56,058 bases of DNA, taken from positions 1 to 56,058 of the forward strand of contig JAWOAQ010000252.1 in the NCBI GenBank assembly GCA_046498495.1. Reading direction: 5' to 3'. The DNA is from Salinibacter sp. Lineage in GTDB: Bacteria > Bacteroidota > Rhodothermia > Rhodothermales > Salinibacteraceae. Position numbers and translations under genes: made by a program. The stretch's first letter is position 1. Each line of letters opens with the position of its first letter. Below, piece after piece: positions 30,109-39,538 of the stretch. Below the pieces are notes generated by a model. That model was given only the letters and a program-made list of their open reading frames with translations, made no database searches and was not told the origin of the DNA.

Positions 30109-31944
30109 ATGCCTTCTCAAGCCCACGGCGCCGGCTCTGTTCAATGGGATCTCGAAGACCTTCATGAGGATCCCGATGCGTTGCATGAAAGCATGTCTCA
30201 GGTCGAAGAAGAAGCCGCTGCATTTGCAGACCGGTACCGAGGTCGAATCTCAGAGCTATCCGCGGATGCCCTTGCCGAGGCACTCTCGACACTGGAGGCC
30301 CTTCGAGATCGATTGGGCCGGGCGTACGCCTTCGCCTCGCTCCACTGGTCGACGAAGACAACCGACGCAGAACGGGGGGCATTGCTCCAGTCCGTGCGGG
30401 AAAAGTACAATCGCATCCATCAGCAGTTGCTTTTTGTGGAGGTCGAATGGGCGGAGGTAGATGAGGAGCGAGCTGAGAGTTTGCTTGCGGAGGCACCCCT
30501 TGCGGACTACCGGCACTACCTGGAACTGGAGCAGCATCAGAAAGAGCACGTCCTGACGGAACCGGAAGAGAAAATTCTCTCCGAGAAGGCTGTGACCGGA
30601 AAGCAGGCGTGGACCCGCTTCTTCGATGAGACGGTGGGGGGCATGCGGTTCGAGCTTGATGGCGATACGCTGACCCAAGAAGAGATTCTGTCTAAACTTT
30701 ATGAGCCGAACCGGGCGCTCCGACGGGACGCCGCACTGGCGTTTACGGACGGTCTCAAAGAAGAAGAGGCCACGTTTACGTTCGTATTCAATACCATCCT
30801 TTCCGACAAGGCCTCCACCGACCGCCTCCGTGGATACGACCATTGGTTGCAGAGCCGCAACCTGGCAAATGAGGTTGAGGATGAAACCGTTGCGTCCCTC
30901 GTGGGGGCCGTGACGAAGCGCTACGACCTTGTGGAGCGCTTCTATGAGTTAAAGCGCCGCCTGCTGGGGCTCGACGAGCTTTACGACTATGATCGTTATG
31001 CGCCTGTGGGGGAAGCGGATACCTCGTACGCGTGGACCGACGCCCGGGGGCTTGTGCTGGAGGCCTACGCGAACTTTCACGACGATATGGCTGCCGTGGC
31101 CGAACGGTTTTTTACGGAGGACTGGATCGATGCGGCTCTGGCGGATGGCAAGCGCAGCGGGGCCTTTAGTCACGGCACCGTACCGAGTGCCCATCCGTAC
31201 GTATTGCTCAATTACACGGGAAAGCCGCGCGACGTCCAAACACTGGCCCACGAGTTGGGACACGGCGTGCATCAATTCCTGTCCCGGGAGCAGTCGATCT
31301 TCCACCACGGTACGCCGTTGACCACCGCCGAAATGGCGTCCGTGTTTGGCGAGATGCTCGTCTTCCGGCGCCTCCTGCACCGGGAAGATGACCCCCAGAA
31401 TCAGCTTGCCCTCATCGTGGCCAAAATTGATGACATTCTGGCGACTGTCTTTCGGCAAGTGGCGATGAACCGGTTCGAGCACCGCATCCACACGGCTCGA
31501 CGAGAGGACGGTGAGCTGCAGCCGGATGTCTTTGCCCAGCACTGGATGGAGACGCAGCGGGCGATGTTTGGCGACAGCGTGACACTGGGCGATCATTACC
31601 GTCACTGGTGGAGCTATGTCCCCCACTTTCTCCACACCCCCGGATACGTCTACGCCTATGCCTTCGGCGAACTCCTGGTCCTTTCACTGTACGCTCGGTA
31701 TCAGGAGGCCGGTGATGCCTTTGCGGATCAGTACCTTGAGGTCCTCCGGGCGGGCGGGTCGGACTGGCCGCAAGCGTTGCTAAAACCGATCGGGGTGGAT
31801 CTTCAGGATCCTGCCCTGTGGGAGCAGGGATTGAGTCATATCGAGTCGCTTATCGACCGTGCGGACGCTCTTGCTACCGACGTGCACGGTCGTCCGCACG
31901 AGGAAAGAGAGCACGAGGAAAGAGAGGAGGGGGCACTGCGTTGA
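30109..31944 (+). CDS. M3B oligoendopeptidase (PepF-like)
   Basis: WDLEDL N-terminus, GKRSGAFS, HPYVLLNY, TLAHELGHGVH (HExxH), AEMASVFGE, YVYAYAFG. Confidence 0.93.
   Translation: MPSQAHGAGSVQWDLEDLHEDPDALHESMSQVEEEAAAFADRYRGRISELSADALAEALSTLEALRDRLGRAYAFASLHWSTKTTDAERGALLQSVREKYNRIHQQLLFVEVEWAEVDEERAESLLAEAPLADYRHYLELEQHQKEHVLTEPEEKILSEKAVTGKQAWTRFFDETVGGMRFELDGDTLTQEEILSKLYEPNRALRRDAALAFTDGLKEEEATFTFVFNTILSDKASTDRLRGYDHWLQSRNLANEVEDETVASLVGAVTKRYDLVERFYELKRRLLGLDELYDYDRYAPVGEADTSYAWTDARGLVLEAYANFHDDMAAVAERFFTEDWIDAALADGKRSGAFSHGTVPSAHPYVLLNYTGKPRDVQTLAHELGHGVHQFLSREQSIFHHGTPLTTAEMASVFGEMLVFRRLLHREDDPQNQLALIVAKIDDILATVFRQVAMNRFEHRIHTARREDGELQPDVFAQHWMETQRAMFGDSVTLGDHYRHWWSYVPHFLHTPGYVYAYAFGELLVLSLYARYQEAGDAFADQYLEVLRAGGSDWPQALLKPIGVDLQDPALWEQGLSHIESLIDRADALATDVHGRPHEEREHEEREEGALR
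31896..31925. repeat. Perfect in-frame 15-bp tandem duplication GCACGAGGAAAGAGA x2 (HEERE-HEERE tail)
   Basis: Read directly at 31896-31910 and 31911-31925. Confidence 0.9.
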
Positions 31945-31986
31945 TGTCCATGGCTGCATCTCCTTAGTCCATGCTGCTCCGTATCG

Positions 31987-32652
31987 ATGTCGGACGACGC
32001 CCGCGCCAGCAGTCAGCCCTCGTTCTGGAATCCTCAGTACGCCACCCACGACCATCTGTTCGGCACCGACCCAAGTGCCTTCGTCGTCGAGGAGGCGCAC
32101 CGCCTGCCCCCGAACTGTGATGTGGTTGAGGTCGGCGCAGGGGAGGGGCGTACTCTCGCATGGCTGTGCGCCGAGCACGGCCATCGCGGGACAGCGGTCG
32201 ACTTTTCCGAAGCGGCCCTCCGGACGGCCGACGCGTGGGCCAAGCGAGAGGATGTGATCCTCGATACAATTGAGGCCGATGTGCGCTCATGGTCCCCAGA
32301 ACGTCAGTGGGACGTCGCCATCGTGACCTTTCTTCAGCTTCTCCCAGATGAGCGACCGGGACTGTATCGGCTCCTTCGCACGATCGTCCGCCCCGGCGGA
32401 TGGATCCTGGGCGAGTGGTTTCGGCCGGCGCATCTCACAGATGAGGCCTACGATCGCATCGGGCCCAGCCGGGGGGATCGCATGGTCCCGCCGGAAGAGG
32501 TTCGCCGTGCGTTTCCTGAGGAAGCCATCGTGCGCTGTGATCCGGTCGATGTATCCCTGAACGAAGGCCCTCTCCTGAATGGCCAGGCAGCGGTCGTACG
32601 GCTGGTGGCCCAACGCCGTAATCCTGTCTCATCGTACGCAGCAGACGATTGA
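31987..32652 (+). CDS. Class I SAM-dependent methyltransferase (TehB-like)
   Basis: FGTDPS, motif I VVEVGAGEGR, AVDFS, VRPGGWILGE. Confidence 0.85.
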   Translation: MSDDARASSQPSFWNPQYATHDHLFGTDPSAFVVEEAHRLPPNCDVVEVGAGEGRTLAWLCAEHGHRGTAVDFSEAALRTADAWAKREDVILDTIEADVRSWSPERQWDVAIVTFLQLLPDERPGLYRLLRTIVRPGGWILGEWFRPAHLTDEAYDRIGPSRGDRMVPPEEVRRAFPEEAIVRCDPVDVSLNEGPLLNGQAAVVRLVAQRRNPVSSYAADD

Positions 32653-32753
32653 GGGCCGGGTCGCCGGTGTAATATAAACAGCGGTGGACCTCGTCCTTCT
32701 TTGTCCCTAGGTTTTCGGACCCCATCTGCTTCTCAAATCAAGACGCCACGCCT

Positions 32754-33680
32754 ATGCTTGCCCTCGACGATCTGCTGATTGCGCGGACCTTTACCCCGGT
32801 TTCGGATCGAGCCGTCCGCCACGCACTGGATCTGGCGGCCCGGACCGGAGCCACGCTTCACGTACTACACGTGGAGGTCCTCCACGAGCACGACAACAAA
32901 AGCGGGACCCGTTCGCCCGCATCGGGTCTCGACGCCATTCGGGAGGAACTAAAGACGGAGGCGCACGCCGCTCCCGCGTCGGCGCTTGAGGCCGTGCCCA
33001 TTCGCGAGGCTACCGAGCGTGATGTATCTGCGGGGCCGGCCATTTTAACGTACGCCGCACAGGAAGACATCGACCTTATTGCTCTGGGGACGCATGGGCG
33101 TCGGGGGGCGAACCGCATTCTGCTGGGCAGTGTCGCGGAGGAGGTGGTGCGACGCGCCACGGTGCCGGTGCTCACCGTGCGCGGGGGCGAACAGGCCGTG
33201 AGCCTGGACGCCGGTGCCGTCGACCGGCTTCTCGTGCCTGTCGATTTCTCGGATCCGTCCCGCCAGGCGCTCCGCCATGCCCGGGAGGTGGCCCACCTGT
33301 TTGACGCACAGATCGACCTCCTGTACGTCATTGAGGAGGATCTCCATCCGGCGTTTTACGTCGGCGGTGTATCGTCCATTTACGATGTTGAGCCCGACAT
33401 TGAGGAGAAGGCCCGGGTCCACCTGCAGACGTTTGCCGAAAAGACACCGGGCCCCTCCGTGGATCTGCAGGTCCACGTGGTTCCCGGGCAGGCGGCCTCA
33501 GCGATTCTCTCCTTTGCCGATGAGCACGATACAGACCTGGTTCTGACGGCCACGCACGGCCGAACGGGCCTGGAGCGCTTCCTCCTCGGTAGTGTAGCCG
33601 AAAAGCTGGTTCGTCACCTCCAGAGTCCTGTGCTTACGGTGAAGACCTTTGGGAAGTCGCTTGTCACGGACGCGGAATAA
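32754..33680 (+). CDS. Tandem universal stress protein
   Basis: Two Usp domains, each with HGR.G..R.LLGSVAE..VR...PVLTV. Confidence 0.92.
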   Translation: MLALDDLLIARTFTPVSDRAVRHALDLAARTGATLHVLHVEVLHEHDNKSGTRSPASGLDAIREELKTEAHAAPASALEAVPIREATERDVSAGPAILTYAAQEDIDLIALGTHGRRGANRILLGSVAEEVVRRATVPVLTVRGGEQAVSLDAGAVDRLLVPVDFSDPSRQALRHAREVAHLFDAQIDLLYVIEEDLHPAFYVGGVSSIYDVEPDIEEKARVHLQTFAEKTPGPSVDLQVHVVPGQAASAILSFADEHDTDLVLTATHGRTGLERFLLGSVAEKLVRHLQSPVLTVKTFGKSLVTDAE

Positions 33681-33688
33681 GCCATCGA

Positions 33689-35116
33689 TTACGACGCCCC
33701 CACGGCTGCGGCTCGGTTTGCTCGGCTGATGGCCTTCCACCTGTTGGTACGGAAGCGGTAATACACCACGGCCGCCGGAATTCCAGTTTCCAGGACGAGA
33801 GCGGCGTAGAGGCCCCAGAGGCCCACGGCGGTCGTTGCGCCCACGTACGCAGCAGGAAGCGAAAAGGCAAAGAGGCCGAACAGCTGGCCATAAAAGGGCC
33901 ACGCGGTGTCGCCGCTTGCGCGCAGTGGGCCAAGCGCCCCGTTCATCAGGCCCCAGAGCAGCACGCTCACACACGTTGCTCGGACGAGGGCCGCGGTGGT
34001 GGACAGCGTTGTGGGGTCGCTTACAAAAAGCTGGCTGATGGGAGCCGACAGAGCAAAGATGACAGCCCCTGTCAGGGCGTACACGGCCACGGTAAAGCGG
34101 AGCGTGTCGTGCGCATAGGCATCCGCCTGAGGTTCTTGGCCCCGGCCGAGCGACTGACCAACCAGGCTGCTTGAGGCCAACCCAAAGCCCCAGCCCGGCG
34201 TGTTCATGAGGGCCCGGACTCGAAGGGCTACGACGTACGCCGCCACCACCTTTGGACCGAACAGCCCGACGATGGCTAGCATCGGGAACTGGCCGCCGTT
34301 CTGAGCCACTTTTCGGAGGGCGAGAGGGGTTGAAATGCGAATCAGTAGGCGCACAGTTGTGGGATCCCAGTCGAGGCGGGTCCAGTCGATCTGGACGGGC
34401 AGGGCGCCGACAAACGGAAGACGGCCGGCCCCCAGGCCCCAGCCGAAGAGCACGACCCCGGCGATACTGCCCACCACGGTCCCGATGGCGGCACCGACGA
34501 CGCCGAGGTCGAAACCGAAAATCAGGACTGCATTCAACACAATGTTTGCGGTGGCCCCGCCGGCCCGCACCACCATGGGCGTCCAGGCGTCGTCGGCACC
34601 GATGAGGGTGCGGCTACCAATTAGATTAAGAGCGGCAAAGGGCATCGCGAGACTCGCGACGCGAAGGTATCGGACCCCGTAGTCGATGGCCTCTTCTCCC
34701 GAGCCAATGAGACGGATGAGCGGTTCGGGCACCGTCCAGAAGAGAACAACCAGGGGAAGGGTGACGATCAGGGCGAGTACAATACTGCCCTTCACGGCCG
34801 TGCCAATGCGATTGGCATGATCGGCGCCGTATCGCTGCGAGACTAAGCTGATTGTTCCGCCCGCAATGCCACCGCCCAGCATGTACGTCATGGTCCAGAA
34901 GGGAACACCGTAGCCCACGCCCGCAATGGCAGAGGCCCCAAGTGCCGTGCCGACCATCGCCACATCGGCCGTGGCCTTTGACATGCGTGCGATGCCGGTC
35001 ACAATGCGCGGCCAGGCCAGCTCCGAGATTCGACGTCCCCGCTGCGCATCAATCAGGCCGACTCGGGAAAGCCCCCGCCCAATGGCCTCGACCAGGACCC
35101 GGACCGGGTTGAGCAG
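33689..35116 (-). CDS. MATE family efflux transporter (haloarchaeal-type); start probably non-canonical
   Basis: MATE repeats (LVSQRYGA, LIGADDAWTPM, LVGQSLG, LRASGDT). The frame stays open upstream of the track's GTG 35002 through LNPVRVLVEAIG...ELAWPRIVTG. Only CTG/ATT codons are available there before an in-frame TGA. Confidence 0.85.
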   Translation of the reverse strand: MLNPVRVLVEAIGRGLSRVGLIDAQRGRRISELAWPRIVTGIARMSKATADVAMVGTALGASAIAGVGYGVPFWTMTYMLGGGIAGGTISLVSQRYGADHANRIGTAVKGSIVLALIVTLPLVVLFWTVPEPLIRLIGSGEEAIDYGVRYLRVASLAMPFAALNLIGSRTLIGADDAWTPMVVRAGGATANIVLNAVLIFGFDLGVVGAAIGTVVGSIAGVVLFGWGLGAGRLPFVGALPVQIDWTRLDWDPTTVRLLIRISTPLALRKVAQNGGQFPMLAIVGLFGPKVVAAYVVALRVRALMNTPGWGFGLASSSLVGQSLGRGQEPQADAYAHDTLRFTVAVYALTGAVIFALSAPISQLFVSDPTTLSTTAALVRATCVSVLLWGLMNGALGPLRASGDTAWPFYGQLFGLFAFSLPAAYVGATTAVGLWGLYAALVLETGIPAAVVYYRFRTNRWKAISRANRAAAVGAS

Positions 35117-35394
35117 AAACTGAAAAATCAGGAGTTGATGGTTGTGTGGAAGAGTTCAGTAGAATGGTACTCTACGGACCAGCAAAGGCCTCCGTTGCCA
35201 ACGCAGGGTGAAGGGGGAATTCGAGGGAGGAGTGTAACACAAGCCTTACAGTCCGGTGTGGCGACTGCGCTCGGTCGAGACGTTGCCCTTGAGTTCTGTT
35301 ATTGCATGAACAGGGTTGAATTAACAGAAGCAACAGCCAAGGGGAGATTTGTGTACGCTCAACCTCGCTGGTTCTCGTTGATCGATGTTTTGCT

Positions 35395-36078
35395 ATGGGT
35401 TCGCCTCTGGTGCAGAATACATTCGTGCTGATGTGGAGTGGAGGAAAGGATGCCATGCTTGCCCTGGATGTGCTCCACAGCCAATCGCCCCGCCGAATTG
35501 GGGCCCTTCTCACCACCGTGCGAGAGGATGACGAGACCGTGACGATGCACGGAACGCCCCAGTCTCTCATTGAACGACAGGCTGAAGTCCTTGACCTGCC
35601 ACTTCAGATCATGTCAATCCCCAATGGGGCCTCGAACGACGTTTATGAAGAGGCGCTCCATCAAGCGCTCCATTCGTTACTGGAGCGGGGATATTCAACA
35701 GTCGTGGCTGGAGATCTCTTTCTCGACGACGTCAAAGCCTATCGCGAGCGGGTGCTAAGGGCGGCTGGGGCACGGTCGCTCTTTCCGCTCTGGAAGCGAG
35801 ATACCGACTGGTTGGCCCGGCATTTTCTTCGACGAGGGTATCAAGCGGTCGTGACATCGGTGGATACAGTCCAGCTCGACTCACGTTTTCTCGGACGTGC
35901 ATATGACGAGTCATTTCTGGAGGATCTGCCCGAGTCGGTGGATCCGTGTGGAGAGCACGGGGCATTCCACACCGTGGTGGCGGACGGGCCGCCGTTTCAA
36001 GAATCGTTAGCGGTGCAGGTGACGGGCCGCCGAGCGGACGGGCGCATGCACTATGCGACGCTCGACTGGGAGGGATAG
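35395..36078 (+). CDS. Dph6/MJ0570-related PP-loop ATP pyrophosphatase
   Basis: WSGGKD PP-loop, MHG, VAGDLFL, FPLW, DPCGEHGAFHT. Confidence 0.85.
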   Translation: MGSPLVQNTFVLMWSGGKDAMLALDVLHSQSPRRIGALLTTVREDDETVTMHGTPQSLIERQAEVLDLPLQIMSIPNGASNDVYEEALHQALHSLLERGYSTVVAGDLFLDDVKAYRERVLRAAGARSLFPLWKRDTDWLARHFLRRGYQAVVTSVDTVQLDSRFLGRAYDESFLEDLPESVDPCGEHGAFHTVVADGPPFQESLAVQVTGRRADGRMHYATLDWEG

Positions 36079-36084
36079 GACAAG

Positions 36085-36120
36085 AAAAAGCGCCCCCGCT
36101 CCGAAAGGGAACGGGGGCGC
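36085..36120 (-). terminator. Intrinsic terminator downstream of clpC
   Basis: Minus strand reads GCGCCCCCG...CGGGGGCGC-TTTTT; it lies between convergent genes. Confidence 0.85.
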
Positions 36121-36154
36121 CAGGTCCTGTTCAGATTCGGCCGGCAGGCGATGA

Positions 36155-38773
36155 TCAGTCTTCTTCATCCGCCTCCGCCGCGGCGGAGGCTTCCTCATCT
36201 TCGGCGTCCTCACGGTCTGCCGTCGTAGCCGCGTCCGCCTCGCCGTTCGTGTCTGCCGGGTCGTCGAGCGCCTCAGACTGCAGAACCTCGAAGGTGAGCT
36301 GTTCGTCCTCATCCTCATGAGTGATGAGAACGGTGTCGCCTTCGCTGATTTCGTCGTGGAGAATGTCCTCGGCCATCGGGTCCTCCACGTACTTCTGAAG
36401 GGCGCGGCGGAGCGGACGGGCACCATACTTGGGATCAAAGCCCTTGTCCGTGAGGAACTCCTTGGCGGGCGTGTCGAACTGGAGCTCCAGCCCAAGCTCC
36501 TCGGCCCGTTCAAAGAGATCCTCCGACATGATGTCGATAATCTCGAAGATGTTCTGCTTGTCGAGTGGGTGGAAGACGATGACATCGTCAATCCGGTTCA
36601 GGAACTCCGGATTGAAGACGTTTTTCAGGGCATCCTCGACCGTCGACTTCATGGACGTGTAATCCATGTCGTCGCCCCCATCGGACTGGGAGAAGCCAAT
36701 GCCCTTTCCGAAGGACTTGATATCCTGCGTTCCGATGTTGGACGTCATAATCAGGATGGTATTCCGGAAGTCCACCCGACGGCCCATTCCATCCGTCAGG
36801 ATCCCGTCGTCGAGCACCTGGAGCAGGATATTGAAGACATCAGGGTGAGCCTTCTCAATCTCGTCCAGCAAGATCACCGAGTATGGCTTGCGGCGCACCT
36901 TTTCGGTGAGCTGCCCACCTTCCTCATGGCCGACGTATCCCGGAGGCGCCCCCACGAGCCGACTCACCGAGAACTTCTCCATGTACTCGCTCATGTCGAT
37001 GCGAATAAGCGAGTCCTGCGACTCGAACAGGTACTCAGTGAGAACCTTGGCGAGCTCAGTTTTGCCGACGCCGGTGGGGCCGAGGAAAATGAAGGAGCCA
37101 ATCGGCTTCTCGGGGTCTTTGAGACCGGCCCGGGTCCGGCGGATGGCCTTCGATAGCTTCTCGATTGCCTCGTCCTGCCCGACGACCCGCTCCTTGAGGG
37201 CCTCCTCCATCTTGAGGAGCTTCTTCTGCTCGGGCTCACTGATCTTATCGACCGGGATGCCCGTCATCATGGCCACCACGTGCGCGATGTCTTCCTCGTC
37301 CACGTCGTGAATTTCGGTCTCGGCCTCCTCTTCCCACTCCTTCTTGGCTTGCTCCAGCTCCTCCTGGAGGGTCTTTTCCTTGTCGCGCAGGCGGGCGGCC
37401 TCTTCGAAGCGCTGGCTTTTCACCACCTCGTTTTTCTCCTCCTGCACATCCTCGATCTTCTCTTCGAGCTCCAGGATTTCGGGCGGTACCGTGATGTTTG
37501 AGAGGTGGACCCTTGCCCCCGCCTCGTCCATCACGTCAATTGCCTTATCCGGCAGGAAGCGGTCGGTAATGTACCGGTCGCTCAGCTTGACCGCCAGTTT
37601 GATGGCCTCTTCCGAGTAGCGGACGTTGTGGTGTTCCTCGTAGTATGATTTGATGTTTGAGAGGATGTTGATCGTCTCCTCCGGAGTCGAGGGGTCGACA
37701 ACGACCTTCTGGAAGCGCCGGTCGAGCGCGCCGTCTTTCTCGATGTTCTGTCGGTACTCATCGAGGGTCGTGGCGCCGATGCACTGGAGATCGCCCCGGG
37801 CCAGTGCAGGCTTGAACATGTTGGATGCATCGAGGCTGCCACTGGCGCCGCCGGCCCCCACGATCGTGTGGATCTCATCAATGAAGAGCACAATGTCCGG
37901 GCTCTTCTCAATTTCCTTCATAACCGCCTTCATTCGCTCCTCGAACTGGCCGCGGTACTTGGTCCCGGCGACCAAGGAGGCAAGGTCCAGAGTAATGATG
38001 CGCTTGTCGTAAAGCGCGCGGCTTACCTTGCGCTCTACAATGCGCATGGCGAGGCCCTCCGCGATGGCGGTCTTTCCAACCCCCGGCTCGCCAATGAGAA
38101 CCGGGTTGTTTTTCTTCCGGCGGCTCAGGATTTGCGCCACGCGCTCAATCTCCTTTTGGCGCCCGATGATAGGGTCGAGTTCGTTCTCCTCGGCGAGTTC
38201 CGTTAGGTCCCGACCGAAGTTGTCAAGCACAGGGGTTTTGCTCTTCTCCATTTCGCTGCTTTCTTGTCCGTAGCCCGATGAGAGGCGGCCTCCAGAGCCA
38301 CTTCCACCACTCGAAGAACTCGAAGAAGAGGCCTTGCCGCTGATAATTGAGTCGAGTTCGTTGCGCACGTCGTCGTAGGTCACAGAAAATCCTTGTTGGA
38401 GAATTTGAGCGGCGATGTTTTCGTCGTCTCGGAGCAAGCTCAGGAGCAGGTGCTCGGTTCCAATGACATCGCTCTTATACAGCTTGGCCTCCAAGTACGT
38501 GATTTTCAGTACCTTCTCTGCCTGTTTTGTCAGTGGGATGTTGCCCACCGACGTGGAGCTACTGGTGCTTCGAACCGTGTCCTCGACGGCCTCCTTCAGC
38601 TTGAGCAGGTCGCATCCGAGATTCCGGAGGATCTTGACCGCGATCCCTTCGCCCTCCCGGATGATGCCCAACAGAAGATGCTCGGTTCCGATGTAATCGT
38701 GTCCGAGGCGGACGGCTTCTTCGCGGCTGTAGGAGATAACGTCTCGCACACGATTCGAAAAGTTGCCTTCCAT
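36155..38773 (-). CDS. clpC: ATP-dependent Clp protease ATP-binding subunit ClpC
   Basis: Clp-N repeats (GTEHLLL), two Walker A motifs ([16 protein letters not shown]), UVR-type M domain, IGF ClpP-docking loop. Confidence 0.96.
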   Translation of the reverse strand: MEGNFSNRVRDVISYSREEAVRLGHDYIGTEHLLLGIIREGEGIAVKILRNLGCDLLKLKEAVEDTVRSTSSSTSVGNIPLTKQAEKVLKITYLEAKLYKSDVIGTEHLLLSLLRDDENIAAQILQQGFSVTYDDVRNELDSIISGKASSSSSSSGGSGSGGRLSSGYGQESSEMEKSKTPVLDNFGRDLTELAEENELDPIIGRQKEIERVAQILSRRKKNNPVLIGEPGVGKTAIAEGLAMRIVERKVSRALYDKRIITLDLASLVAGTKYRGQFEERMKAVMKEIEKSPDIVLFIDEIHTIVGAGGASGSLDASNMFKPALARGDLQCIGATTLDEYRQNIEKDGALDRRFQKVVVDPSTPEETINILSNIKSYYEEHHNVRYSEEAIKLAVKLSDRYITDRFLPDKAIDVMDEAGARVHLSNITVPPEILELEEKIEDVQEEKNEVVKSQRFEEAARLRDKEKTLQEELEQAKKEWEEEAETEIHDVDEEDIAHVVAMMTGIPVDKISEPEQKKLLKMEEALKERVVGQDEAIEKLSKAIRRTRAGLKDPEKPIGSFIFLGPTGVGKTELAKVLTEYLFESQDSLIRIDMSEYMEKFSVSRLVGAPPGYVGHEEGGQLTEKVRRKPYSVILLDEIEKAHPDVFNILLQVLDDGILTDGMGRRVDFRNTILIMTSNIGTQDIKSFGKGIGFSQSDGGDDMDYTSMKSTVEDALKNVFNPEFLNRIDDVIVFHPLDKQNIFEIIDIMSEDLFERAEELGLELQFDTPAKEFLTDKGFDPKYGARPLRRALQKYVEDPMAEDILHDEISEGDTVLITHEDEDEQLTFEVLQSEALDDPADTNGEADAATTADREDAEDEEASAAAEADEED

Positions 38774-39027
38774 ACCAGTAGGGTTGCGATACGTGGAAGC
38801 GCCGAGTTGGCACTCGGGTGAAGGAGAGGGAAGAGAGGTCGCCCCCTCGATGCGCTACGCAGGGAATCAATCTTCCAGGAACCTAACCAGCCCTGAGCGG
38901 GCTCTGTTCCTCCTGGGACGCCCCGTCAAGAAATAGAGGACCAGGACGTCCAAAGTGTTACACAAGGAGGACACGGCGATGCACCACGTGTTCGTGCTCC
39001 CTGAGCAATCCGAAGCGATGGGGGGAC

Positions 39028-39384
39028 TTACGCCGCGAAGCTGGCTCCACAGCCGCACGTTTCTGTCGCGTTCGGGTTGTCAAACGTGAAGCCGCGAGCA
39101 TTCAGGCCATCGTGATAGTTGATGACCGTTCCCATCAGATAGAGCCCGTGGCGCTTGTCCATGTAGACGGTGATCCCCTGGATCTCAAACTTGCGATCCT
39201 TGTCTCGCTTCTTGTCAAAGCCAAGGACATAACTCATGCCCGAGCAGCCGCCGCCGCGCACCCCGACCCGGAGGCCATACCCGTCGGGGATGCTCTTCTT
39301 GCGAATGATTTTCCGGATTTCCTTAGCGGCGGTTGGGCTAATTTGCAGGGGAGCGTCTGCGTCAACGGTGGCGGTATCAGGCAT
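39028..39384 (-). CDS. iscA: HesB/IscA Fe-S cluster carrier
   Basis: RVGVRGGGCSGMSY and NPNATETCGCGASF. ATG at 39384. Confidence 0.9.
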   Translation of the reverse strand: MPDTATVDADAPLQISPTAAKEIRKIIRKKSIPDGYGLRVGVRGGGCSGMSYVLGFDKKRDKDRKFEIQGITVYMDKRHGLYLMGTVINYHDGLNARGFTFDNPNATETCGCGASFAA

Positions 39385-39538
39385 AAGAGGGAAACTTCGT
39401 GCAGAGCGAATGTGTCCCGAAGGGAATTCCGCGTACGACGACGCCAAATCGGCTGTTCCACTGTGAAGGCGCATAATCAAAGTACGCCGCTTCGGGGCGC
39501 ACATGCTTTTGGGAGACCAAGCGGGGGCGACGGCGAAA

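Noticed and set aside
38802-38833. Possible CIRCE (HrcA) operator upstream of clpC
   Set aside because: Only one half-site (TTGGCACTC 38807-38815) is present and the second half does not match. It is equally explained by the small hairpin CCGAGT/ACTCGG.
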